Below, piece after piece: positions 1 to 11,053 of a stretch of DNA of 64,000 nt. This DNA comes from Hormiphora californensis. Taxonomy: Eukaryota > Animalia > Ctenophora. The stretch is taken from NCBI GenBank assembly GCA_020137815.1, contig CM035353.1, positions 6,944,001-7,008,000 on the forward strand, read 5' to 3'. A model generated the notes under the pieces. The model had not been told where the DNA came from. It made no database searches and saw nothing but the letters and a program-made list of their open reading frames with translations. Made by a program: the position numbers and the translations under genes. The stretch's first letter is position 1. Each line of letters opens with the position of its first letter.

Positions 1-61
1 GGAGTTATGGTCATTTTAAGAAGTTTGAAAACTCTAGAAAAACGACAGTTATTTAAAATCC

Positions 62-790
62 GACTATACATGCATCAAGCGGACCAGTTTGGTGGCCTGT
101 TTACAGGTGCACGCTTCCAAAAAAGTTGATTCACTAAATGGCTCCTACCACCAAACCACTCAACCGTTTTCGCTAATTTAAAGTTTATCCGGTAGGAAAT
201 GTCAAGGCCTAACCCCAACCCAAACTCCAGCCCTAACCGTTTGTCAGCACTCACCAAACACCCAGATTTTAACGCTGGCCCTTTTTTGCTTCCGATTTTT
301 GGTTCCGATTTTTAACGATCATTTCCGGTTAAAGTACGCGCACCAGACTCATGCAGCGCATAATTGGACTGCGCGCGCGGTTTATTTTGATGCAAAATTC
401 ACAATTCAGTTTTTTTAAATTTTTCTGAAGTCTTTTTTAATTTTTCAAGTTTTTTTAAAGCGCTGAACTTTGTGGGCTGAAAAGTGCTGCCTTTCCCCGC
501 GCTGCCAGCAGCGTTTGCCAACTTTGTGGGCGCAGTTAAGATCTGGATGTTTGGTGGCGTGTTTACAGGTTGAAGTTTACAGGCTTACAAAATACAAAGG
601 AGTTGATTCACTAAAATGGCTTTAACCGCCAAAGCACTCAACCGTTTTGAGCTTTGCCCTTTGGCTCAACGGTTCAAAGTTTATCTGGTAGGAAATGTCT
701 AGACCTAACCCCAATCCAAACCCCAACCCTAACTCTAACCCTACTTTAGCCCTAACCCTAAAAATCGCTGGCCGAACTTTGTTTGAAAGC
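62..790. repeat. Two related copies (~75-290 and ~540-790) of an interspersed repeat with degenerate CCCTAA-like blocks
   Basis: Shared tracts gtttggtggc-tgtttacaggt, agttgattcactaaa-tggct, cactcaaccgtttt, aagtttatc-ggtaggaaatgtc, followed by cctaaccccaa.. telomere-like hexamers. Confidence 0.6.
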
Positions 791-1000
791 GCTGCATTAT
801 CCCGCGATAGGTGGTGATTGTGGTGAGCTGTAAAAACGGACAATTATTGAGCAGACTATTCACTATAAATTTATATTTTCATTTTTGTATAAATATTCAG
901 GTCTGCACCGCGTTACCTGTTTTAACCAAACACAGCACAGAACAGGGGCTTGTGCCCTGTAGCATATACCAACCATGCCACTACTATTTTTTACTAGAAT

Positions 1001-4000
1001 ATGAGGAGTTGTTTAGTGAGAGGCACTCGATTGTGGGGTCGATTTCCACGTTTTTCCACCTTCGAAAATCGCCTTCCAGAGGCCACGGTGAAACAACCTC
1101 CTGATTCAACTATTTCTCAAGGTAGTTCAACTCTCAGCCTTGTATCACTTTCATTGGTGTATGGTGTAAGAGCGGGACGAAGTACCTTACTCTCGTTAAT
1201 TAAGCTCGCATATTTCAAGAAACTTTTAAATAAGAAACTTTTTTTCTGGGAAACTACAGGTGTAAACAATCCAAAAACAAAAAGAATTTCTCCTTTATCA
1301 AGAAACTAAACAAGTTAGGGGTGTTCTATTTTGTTGTGGTGTCTCTGAATTATGTGATTCACATTTGAAAAGTTTCTTATAAAAAAGTTTCTTACTAAAG
1401 CGTTTCTTAAAAAATGAGAGTAAGGTACATATGTGCTATATTTTCACTAATCGGAAAGAAATGTATGTCTCCTTTTTAGAGGTTAAACGAGACCCAGTCA
1501 CATCTGACATTGAAGATATTTTGAATAAGAAAGAAAAGATATTGGTCTCACAAGATCCACCCCAGACGGCATGCTTTGATTTGCAAGCCGTTCTCGCTTC
1601 AACAAGATCTAAGTGCAATAGCCTTGTGGAGATGGTAGGTACTTGGATATACATCTGATGTATGCTATTATCATTTATCACGGGGGCAAAGTTAAAATCT
1701 GGGTGTCTTCCATTGCTAACTAGAGAATAAAAGTGTACTCTTTTTGCTAGCACGCACCTGTAAACAGGCTGCAAGGCACCCAGTATATAATCACGCCCCT
1801 ATTACAGGGTGTGAACTGCATGTCGTGTTTGCTAGTCGCGAGCGCGCTCGCGAGACAAGCAAACACGTCAAGGTTCATTAACAAGCATGCTGCTCAGTCA
1901 TTTTAGATTTAATACACAATGTAAGGATACCATGTAATAGGTGAGACTCTTGCCGTCACCCTCGTTCAAGTCCCGTGAAAAACGGAGCAGTACACGCAAA
2001 CTGATGCCCATTTTCCTCGCGTGACCCCGATTCAGCAGTTTGAGACACCAACTCTTTAGGGGGCCATATCTCAGGAACCAGACAAGATAGGAAAAATCGC
2101 CGTCTAACGAGGCGTACAGTTTTTAATCTAGTTTACCACTGTACCGGCCGTTTCACTCTCCGACCTAAAACAAAAATCGCAACCCCACAAAACTTCAAAA
2201 TAATGAAATTCGCATCTCGCATGTCGTGTTGCATGTCGTGTTGCATGTCGTGTCATGTTATTGACACGCTCGCGTTCAACTCTCACACAGCAGCTGCAGA
2301 ACATGGCGGGAAACATCGAGGAGTAGAGAGAGGGTCGGTGCCGAATCAAATATTTCTTGATCTTGATCTACTCCATCTCTCAGCTATCCTACCCCTCATC
2401 AACTCGATCTCTCAGCTACCCTACCCCTCATCTACTCCATCTTTCAGCTACCCTACCCCTCATCTACTCCATCTTTCAGCTACCCAACCCCTTATCTAGT
2501 CCATCTCTCAGCTACCCTACTCCTCATCTACTCCATCTCTCAGCTTCCCTATTAGGGAAGCATAGAGATGGAAACGATTAGGGGTAGGGAATCCCTATCC
2601 ATAATCGTTTCCATCTCTATGCTTCCCTAGCCCTCATCAACTCCATCTTTCAGCTACCCTACCCCTAATCTAGTCCATCTCTCAGATACCCTACCTCCCA
2701 TTTACTCCATCTCTCAGCTTACCTACCTCCCATTTACTCCATCTCTCAGCTTCCCTACCTCCCATTCACTCCATCTCTCAGCTTCCCTACCTCCCATTTA
2801 CTCCATCTCTCAGCTTCCCTACCTCCCATTTACTCCATCTCTCAGCTTCCCTACCTCCCATTTACTCCATCCCTCAGCTTCCCTACCTCCCATTTACTCC
2901 ATCTCTCAGCTTCCCTACCTCCCATTTACTCGATCTCTCAGCTACCCTGCCTCCCATTTACTTCATCTCTCAGCTTCGCTACCTCCCATTTACTCCATCT
3001 CTCAGCTTCCCTACCTCCCATTTACTCCATCGCTTACCTTCCCAACCTCCCATTTACTCCATCTCTCAGCTTCCCTACCTCCCATTTACTCCATCTCTTA
3101 CCTTCCCTACCTCTCATTTACTCCATCTCCCAGCTTCCCTACCTCCCATTTACTCCATCTCTTACCTTCCCTACCTCTCATTTACTCCATCTCTCAGCTT
3201 CCGTACCCCTCATTTACTCCATCTCTCAGCTTCCCTACCTCCCATTTACTCCATCTCTCAGCTTCCTTACCTCCCATAAATACTCCATCTCTCAACTTCC
3301 CTACCTCCCATTTACTCCATCTCTCAGCTGCCCTACCTCCCATTTACTCCATCTCTCAGCTTCCCTACCTCCCATTTACTCCATCTCTCAGCTTCCTAAC
3401 CTCCCGTTTACTCCATCTCTCATTTATCCTAACATTCCTTCCCCTGAGAGATGGAGTAAATGGGAGGTAGGGAAGCTGAGAGATGGAGTAAATGGGAGGT
3501 AGGAAAGCTGAGAGATGGAGTAAATGGGTGGTAGGGTAGCTGAGAGATGGAGTAAATGGCAGGTAGGGAAGCTGAGGGATGGAGTAAATGGGAGGTAGGG
3601 AAGCTGAGAGATGGAGTAAATGGGAGGTAAGTAAGCTGAGAGATGGAGTAAATGGGAGGTAGGGTAGCTGAGAGATGGAGTAAATGGGAGGTAGGGTAGC
3701 TGAGAGATGGAGTAAATGGGAGGTAGGGAAGCTGAGAGATGGAGTAAATGGGAGGTAGGGTAGCTGAGAGATGGAGTAAATGGGAGGTAGGGAAGCTGAG
3801 AGATGGAGTAAATGGAAGGTAAGGTAGCTGAGAGATGGAGTAAATGGGAGGTAGGGAAGCTGAGAGATGGAGTAAATGGGAGGTAGGGTAGCTGAGAGAT
3901 GGAGTAAATGGGAGCAGGGCTGGCTCCAGGGGGTGATGCGGGGGGTGCACACCCCCCCCAAAAATTCTTGGCAGCGAGGCTGCCAAGACTGTCTGAGACC

Positions 4001-7000
4001 TTTTGGATTGGGAAACCACCCCAAAAATACAAAATTTTCAGTAAAATTTTTGACTGATCACAACCGAATTTAAATCACCCAGTGAACATCACTGAGTGAG
4101 AGAGAGAGCATTGTAGCATTCATAAATCTAGAAAGTAGACGTCACAAATGATTAAAAACCCTAGAATTTACTTGATTTAGTTAAAAATTTCCGGGGGCTT
4201 CGCCCCCAAACCCCCCCCCCCCTGGGCGGAGCTCCCTACGCGCCCTTCGGGCGCTCCGGTCGCAAATCCTACTATTAGTGCACCCCCCCCAGAAATATCG
4301 GGCTGGAGCCAGCCCTGAATGGGAGGTAGGGAAGCTGAGAGATGGAGTAAATGGGAGGTAGGGTAGCTGAGAGATGGAGTAAATGGGAGGTAGGGTAGCT
4401 GAGAGATGGAGTAAATGAGAGGTCAGTAAACATACACACACATTGAGCAGGCTCAATTTAGCTAATCACTGGCGGGGTATGGGGCTGAGGCACTGGCAAG
4501 ATATAGTGGGATCGCTACTTCCCACATCTCATGTGTATCCCGAATTGCGAATTTAAAAGGGTTGGGTGGTCTCTGGGACCGTCTAGACTTCGCTCCCTGT
4601 TAACATACCAGAAACCAGGGGTCCATCTAGCTCTCATACGCACTCGGCCATTACTTTCCCAACCAGTAGTACTGGATTTCACATCCTCTTATACTCGCAA
4701 TCCAGGATAGAAACAATCCTTGTGTTCTAATAGCGATCACCCCGTATATCTTGCACTGACCCGTACTACCACACATTTAGTGTGCTTGAAATGGCACTAC
4801 GGGAATATCTCCACTACACGGCCAGCACTGTGGGTAGACAGCCACCATTCAAGTTCCATCACGGTTGCTAACCGGACAATACATTAGTAGAGGGGGTTGG
4901 AACACCAGGAGGAAGATCAGTAAACATACACACACATTGAGCAGGCTCAATTTAGCTAATCACTGGCGGGGTATGGGGCTGAGGCACTGGCAAGATATAG
5001 TGGGATCGCTACTTCCCACATCTCATGTGTATTCCTGAATTGCGAATTTAAAAGGGTTGGGTGGTCTCTGGGACCGTCTAGACTTCGCTCCCTGTTAACA
5101 TACCAGAAACCAGGGGTCCATCTAGCTCTCATACGCACTTCGGCCATTACTTTCCCAACCAGTAGTACTGGATTTCACATCCTCTTATACTCGCAATTCC
5201 AGGATAGAAACAATCCTTGTGTTCTAATAGCGATCACCCCGTATATCTTGCACTGACCCGTACTACCACACATTTAGTGTGCTTGAAATGGCACTACGGG
5301 AATATCTCCACTACACGGCCAGCACTGTGGGTAGACAGCCACCATTCAAGTTCCATCACGGTTGCTAACCGGACAATACATTAGTAGAGGGGGTTGGAAC
5401 ACCAGGAGGAAGATCAGTAAACATACACACACATTGAGCAGGCTCAATTTAGCTAATCACTGGCGGGGTATGGGGCTGAGGCACTGGCAAGATATAGTGG
5501 GATCGCTACTTCCCACATCTCATGTGTATCCCGAATTGCGAATTTAAAAGGGTTGGGTGGTCTCTGGGACCGTCTAGACTTCGCTCCCTGTTAACATACC
5601 AGAAACCAGGGGTCCCTCTAGCTCTCATACGCACTCGGCCATTACTTTCCCAACCAGTAGTACTGGATTTCACATCCTCTTATACTCGCAATCCAGGATA
5701 GAAACAATCCTTGTGTTCTAATAGCGATCACCCCGTATATCTTGCACTGACCCGTACTACCACACATTTAGTGTGCTTGAAATGGCACTACGGGAATATC
5801 TCCACTACACGGCCAGCACTGTGGGTAGACAGCCACCATTCAAGTTCCATCACGGTTGCTAACCGGACAATACATTAGTAGAGGGGGTTGGAACACCAGG
5901 AGGAAGATCAGTAAACATACACACACATTGAGCAGGCTCAATTTAGCTAATCACTGGCGGGGTATGGGCTAAATTGAGCCTGCTCAATGTGTGTGTATGT
6001 TTACTGATCTTCCTCCTGGTGTTCCAACCCCCTCTACTAATGTATTGTCCGGTTAGCAACCGTGATGGAACTTGAATGGTGGCTGTCTACCCACAGTGCT
6101 GGCCGTGTAGTGGAGATATTCCCGTAGTGCCATTTCAAGCACACTAAATGTGTGGTAGTACGGGTCAGTGCAAGATATACGGGGTGATCGCTATTAGAAC
6201 ACAAGGATTGTTTCTATCCTGGATTGCGAGTATAAGAGGATGTGAAATCCAGTACTACTGGTTGGGAAAGTAATGGCCGAGTGCGTATGAGAGCTAGATG
6301 GACCCCTGGTTTCTGGTATGTTAACAGGGAGCGAAGTCTAGACGGTCCCAGAGACCACCCAACCCTTTTAAATTCGCAATTCGGAATACACATGAGATGT
6401 GGGAAGTAGCGATCCCACTATATCTTGCCAGTGCCTCAGCCCCATACCCCGCCAGTGATTAGCTAAATTGAGCCTGCTCAATGTGTGTGTATGTTTACTG
6501 ATCTTCCTCCTGGTGTTCCAACCCCCTCTACTAATGTATTGTCCGGTTAGCAACCGTGATGGAACTTGAATGGTGGCTGTCTACCCACAGTGCTGGCCGT
6601 GTAGTGGAGATATTCCCGTAGTGCCATTTCAAGCACACTAAATGTGTGGTAGTACGGGTCAGTGCAAGATATACGAGGTGATCGCTATTAGAACACAAGG
6701 ATTGTTTCTATCCTGAATTGCGAGTATAAGAGGATGTGAAATCCAGTACTACTGGTTGGGAAAGTAATGGCCGAATGCGTATGAGAGCTAGATGGACCCC
6801 TGGTTTCTGGCATGTTAACAGGGAGCGAAGTCTAGACGGTCCCAGAGACCACCCAACCCTTTTAAATTTGCAATTCAGAATACACATGAGATGTGGGAAG
6901 TAGCGATCCCACTATATCTTGCCAGTGCCTCAGCCCCATACCCCGCCAGTGATTAGCTAAATTGAGCCTGCTCAATGTGTGTGTATGTTTACTGATCTTC

Positions 7001-10000
7001 CTCCTGGTGTTCCAACCCCCTCTACTAATGTATTGTCCGGTTAGCAACCGTGATGGAACTTGAATGGTGGCTGTCTACCCACAGTGCTGGCCGTGTAGTG
7101 GAGATATTCCCGTAGTGCCATTTCAAGCACACTAAATGTGTGGTAGTACGGGTCAGTGCAAGATATACGAGGGTGATCGCTATTAGAACACAAGGATTGT
7201 TTCTATCCTGAATTGCGAGTATAAGAGGATGTGAAATCCAGTACTACTGGTTGGGAAAGTAATGGCCGAAGTGCGTATGAGAGCTAGATGGACCCCTGGT
7301 TTCTGGTATGTTAACAGGGAGCGAAGTCTAGACGGTCCCAGAGACCACCCAACCCTTTTAAATTCGCAATTCAGGATACACATGAGATGTGGGAAGTAGC
7401 GATCCCACTATATCTTGCCAGTGCCTCAGCCCCATACCCCGCCAGTGATTAGCTAAATTGAGCCTGCTCAATGTGTGTGTATGTTTACTGATCTTCCTCC
7501 TGGTGTTCCAACCCCCTCTACTAATAAATGAGAGGTAGGGAAGCTGAGCAATGGAGTAAATGGGAGGTAGGGTATCTGAGAGATGGAGTAAATGGCAGGT
7601 AGGGAAGCTGAGATATGGAGTAAATGGGAGGTAGGTAAGCTGAGAGATGGAGTAAATGGGAGGTAGGGAAGCTGAGAGATGGAGTAAATGGGAGGTAGGG
7701 TAGCTGAGAGATGGAGTAAATGGGAGGTAGGGTAGCTGAGAGATGGAGTAAATGGGAGGTAGGGAAGCTGAGAGATGGAGTAAATGGAAGGTAAGGTAGC
7801 TGAGAGATGGAGTAAATGGGAGGTAGGGAAGCTGAGAGATGGAGTAAATGGGAGGTAGGGTAGCTGAGAGATGGAGTAAATGGGAGGTAGGCAAGCTGAG
7901 AGATGGAGTAAATGGGAGGTAGGGTAGCTGAGAGATGGAGTAAATGAGAGGTAGGGAAGCTGAGAAATGGAGTAAATGGGAGGTAGGGTATCTGAGAGAT
8001 GGAGTAAATGGCAGGTAGGGAAGCTGAGATATGGAGTAAATGGGAGGTAGGTAAGCTGAGAGATGGAGTAAATGGGAGGTAGGGAAGCTGAGAGATGGAG
8101 TAAATGGGAGGTAGGGTAGCTGAGAGATGGAGTAAATGGGAGGTAGGGTAGCTAATGTATTGTCCGGTTAGCAACCGTGATGGAACTTGAATGGTGGCTG
8201 TCTACCCACAGTGCTGGCCGTGTAGTGGAGATATTCCCGTAGTGCCATTTCAAGCACACTAAATGTGTGGTAGTACGGGTCAGTGCAAGATATACGGGGT
8301 GATCGCTATTAGAACACAAGGATTGTTTCTATCCTGGATTGCGAGTATAAGAGGATGTGAAATCCAGTACTACTGGTTGGGAAAGTAATGGCCGAGTGCG
8401 TATGAGAGCTAGATGGACCCCTGGTTTCTGGTATGTTAACAGGGAGCGAAGTCTAGACGGTCCCAGAGACCACCCAACCCTTTTAAATTCGCAATTCGGG
8501 ATACACATGAGATGTGGGAAGTAGCGATCCCACTATATCTTGCCAGTGCCTCAGCCCCATACCCCGCCAGTGATTAGCTAAATTGAGCCTGCTCAATGTG
8601 TGTGTATGTTTACTGATCTTCCTCCTGGTGTTCCAACCCCCTCTACTAATAAATGAGAGGTAGGGAAGCTGAGCAATGGAGTAAATGGGAGGTAGGGTAT
8701 CTGAGAGATGGAGTAAATGGCAGGTAGGGAAGCTGAGATATGGAGTAAATGGGAGGTAGGTAAGCTGAGAGATGGAGTAAATGGGAGGTAGGGAAGCTGA
8801 GAGATGGAGTAAATGGGAGGTAGGGTAGCTGAGAGATGGAGTAAATGGGAGGTAGGGTAGCTGAGAGATGGAGTAAATGGGAGGTAGGGAAGCTGAGAGA
8901 TGGAGTAAATGGAAGGTAAGGTAGCTGAGAGATGGAGTAAATGGGAGGTAGGGAAGCTGAGAGATGGAGTAAATGGGAGGTAGGGTAGCTGAGAGATGGA
9001 GTAAATGGGAGGTAGGCAAGCTGAGAGATGGAGTAAATGGGAGGTAGGGTAGCTGAGAGATGGAGTAAATGAGAGGTAGGGAAGCTGAGAAATGGAGTAA
9101 ATGGGAGGTAGGGTATCTGAGAGATGGAGTAAATGGCAGGTAGGGAAGCTGAGATATGGAGTAAATGGGAGGTAGGTAAGCTGAGAGATGGAGTAAATGG
9201 GAGGTAGGGAAGCTGAGAGATGGAGTAAATGGGAGGTAGGGTAGCTGAGAGATGGAGTAAATGGGAGGTAGGGTAGCTGAGAGATGGAGTAGATGAGGAG
9301 TAGGGTAGCGGAGAGATGGACTAGATTAGGGGTAGGGTAGCTGAAAGATGGAGTTGATGAGGGCTAGGGAAGCATAGAGATGGAAACGATTATGGATAGG
9401 GATTCCCTACCCCTAATCGTTTCCATCTCTATGCTTCCCTAATAGGGAAGCTGAGAGATGGAGTAGATGAGGAGTAGGGTAGCTGAGAGATGGACTAGAT
9501 AAGGGGTTGGGTAGCTGAAAGATGGAGTAGATCTGAGGGGTAGGGTAGCTGAAAGATGGAGTAGATGAGGGGTAGGGTAGCTGAGAGATCGAGTTGATGA
9601 GGGGCAGGATAGCTGAGAGATGGAGTAGATCAAGATCAAGAAATATTTGATTCGGCACCGACCCTCTCTCTACTCCTCGATGTTTCCCGCCATGTTCTGC
9701 AGCTGCTGTGTGAGAGTTGAACGCGAGCGCGTCAATAACATGACACGACATGCAACACGACATGCAACACGACATGCGAGATGCGAATTTCATTATTTTG
9801 AAGTTTTGTGGGGTTGCGATTTTTGTTTTAGGTCGGAGAGTGAAACGGCCGGTACAGTGGTAAACTAGATTAAAAACTGTACGCCTCGTTAGACGGCGAT
9901 TTTTCCTATCTTGTCTGGTTCCTGAGATATGGCCCCCTAAAGAGTTGGTGTCTCAAACTGCTGAATCGGGGTCACGCGAGGAAAATGGGCATCAGTTTGC

Positions 10001-10342
10001 GTGTACTGCTCCGTTTTTCACGGGACTTGAACGAGGGTGACGGCAAGAGTCTCACCTATTACATGGTATCCTTACATTGTGTATTAAATCTAAAATGACT
10101 GAGCAGCATGCTTGTTAATGAACCTTGACGTGTTTGCTTGTCTCGCGAGCGCGCTCGCGACTAGCAAACACGACATGCAGTTCACACCCTGTATTATACT
10201 TGTATCATTGTGAGAGATTTAAAGTTATTTCATTTCAGTTACCCAATGCCGAGGCTGAAGAGGCTGTGAGATTGATTGACGAGGTTTTTGGTACTATTAC
10301 ACATGCAACGAATGTCTCCTCTTTTCTGGCCCAATCCACAAG
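1001..10342 (+). CDS. 5' part of a spliced gene with a mitochondrial-presequence-like N-terminus (exons 1001-1121, 1480-1634, 10239-10342); weak resemblance to the MTERF3 N-terminal region
   Basis: GT/AG boundaries and phases (1, 0) give a continuous frame MRSCLVRGTRLWGRFPRFS...SQ/EVKRDP...LVEM/LPNAEAEEAVRLIDEVF...SFLAQSTR. The N-terminus is Arg-rich and acid-free. EEAVRLI resembles EEAIQII of MTERF3 as I recall it. No downstream exons were found. Confidence 0.5.
1185..1425. mobile_element. MITE (TA target duplication, CCTTACTCTC termini) in intron 1
   Basis: ta|CCTTACTCTC ... GAGAGTAAGG|ta, with internal inverted aagaaacttt/aaagtttctt motifs. Confidence 0.7.
2367..4422. repeat. 30-bp satellite CTACCTCCCATTTACTCCATCTCTCAGCTTCC; orientation flips at ~3425-3445
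   Basis: Direct reading; source of the PTSHLLHLSA-type repeat ORFs. Confidence 0.95.
3915..4317. mobile_element. hAT-type MITE inserted into the 30-bp satellite
   Basis: TIR CAGGGCTGGCTCCAG / CTGGAGCCAGCCCTG; 8-bp TSD AATGGGAG at 3907-3914 and 4318-4325. Confidence 0.9.
4423..7523. repeat. Tandem ~494-bp units: about 3 forward copies (starts 4423, 4917, 5414, partial 5908), then about 3 inverted copies from 5969
   Basis: Near-identical units; the palindrome turn has a ~22-nt spacer at ~5947-5968. Confidence 0.95.
7524..9300. repeat. G-rich 30-bp satellite interrupted by one more inverted 494-bp unit (8153-8648), forming a 1125-bp higher-order duplication
   Basis: ORFs 7358-7894 and 8483-9019 are identical at offset 1125. 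Confidence 0.9.
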
Positions 10343-11053
10343 GTAGGCCATAGAGTAAAGCCGAAACTGAGACGAAGAGGGAATACCAATGGTTCTTTCC
10401 CTCGCCGTCTCCTTTGCTGAATAAAAAGACTTTGGTTCCGTGGCCGAATGAAATGTAGAAATAAATGGACACGTAACTCTTTTTAGATTGCCTTTTCCGA
10501 ACTGTTGCTAAACTCACTGAATCTAAGACCGAATCTAAAACCGCGATCCTGGGAAAAAGGATGGAATAGCAGAACGGAGCGCTCGGCGCTGCAGTGCTCG
10601 GCACTGCAGCGCAGCAGAGATTGCCAAATCTCGCGCCCTCCGTCCGATACTACACCATCCCCCCTCCCCTATTTGTGACCTTGGAACACGGTCAAAAGAG
10701 AAAACAAAAGAGAGAAATAGGCCGGCCAAATAAATAAAACACTAAAAACGAAACCCGAGACCATCCCTACCTACTGGAGACCACTAAATCACACTTCTCA
10801 CTCTAAAGAACTATCTAGCTCACTATCACACTAAAAAAATAACACACGACCACTAATTATAAAACATTCAACTGAAATAAAAAGCCTTACAAGTTAAAAA
10901 AAAGGACCCTACAAAATACACACAATAAAATAAAAATTCCTAGAAGCCTAAAAATAAATAACTCTGTCAGACCCACTATCAAAATTCAAAACAATAAATA
11001 ATTAGAGTCATTGAGCTCTTAAAATACACGGTCACATAGTGACACTATAGACA

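Larger units (their letters stand above)
1805..10191. mobile_element. Foldback-like non-autonomous DNA transposon (Tc1/mariner-type ends) with ~885-bp terminal inverted repeats
   Basis: ta|CAGGGTGTGAACTGCATG ... CATGCAGTTCACACCCTG|ta. 1805-~2690 is the reverse complement of ~9305-10191 with a few substitutions (e.g. DTLAF vs DALAF in the mirrored ORFs). No transposase is present inside. Confidence 0.85.

Noticed and set aside
200-765. True or interstitial telomere
   Set aside because: Only short degenerate CCCTAA-like blocks embedded in two copies of an interspersed repeat
4423-4916. Hammerhead, twister or snRNA/5S gene in the 494-bp unit
   Set aside because: No CUGANGA...GAAA core on either strand; AGTAGAGGGGG resembles a twister 3' strand but the conserved L4 and 5' UAA elements are missing; no match to U1-U6 or 5S 5' ends
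3365-9019. Long PTSHLLHLSA / PPIYSISQL ORFs
   Set aside because: Stop-free translations of the 30-bp satellite
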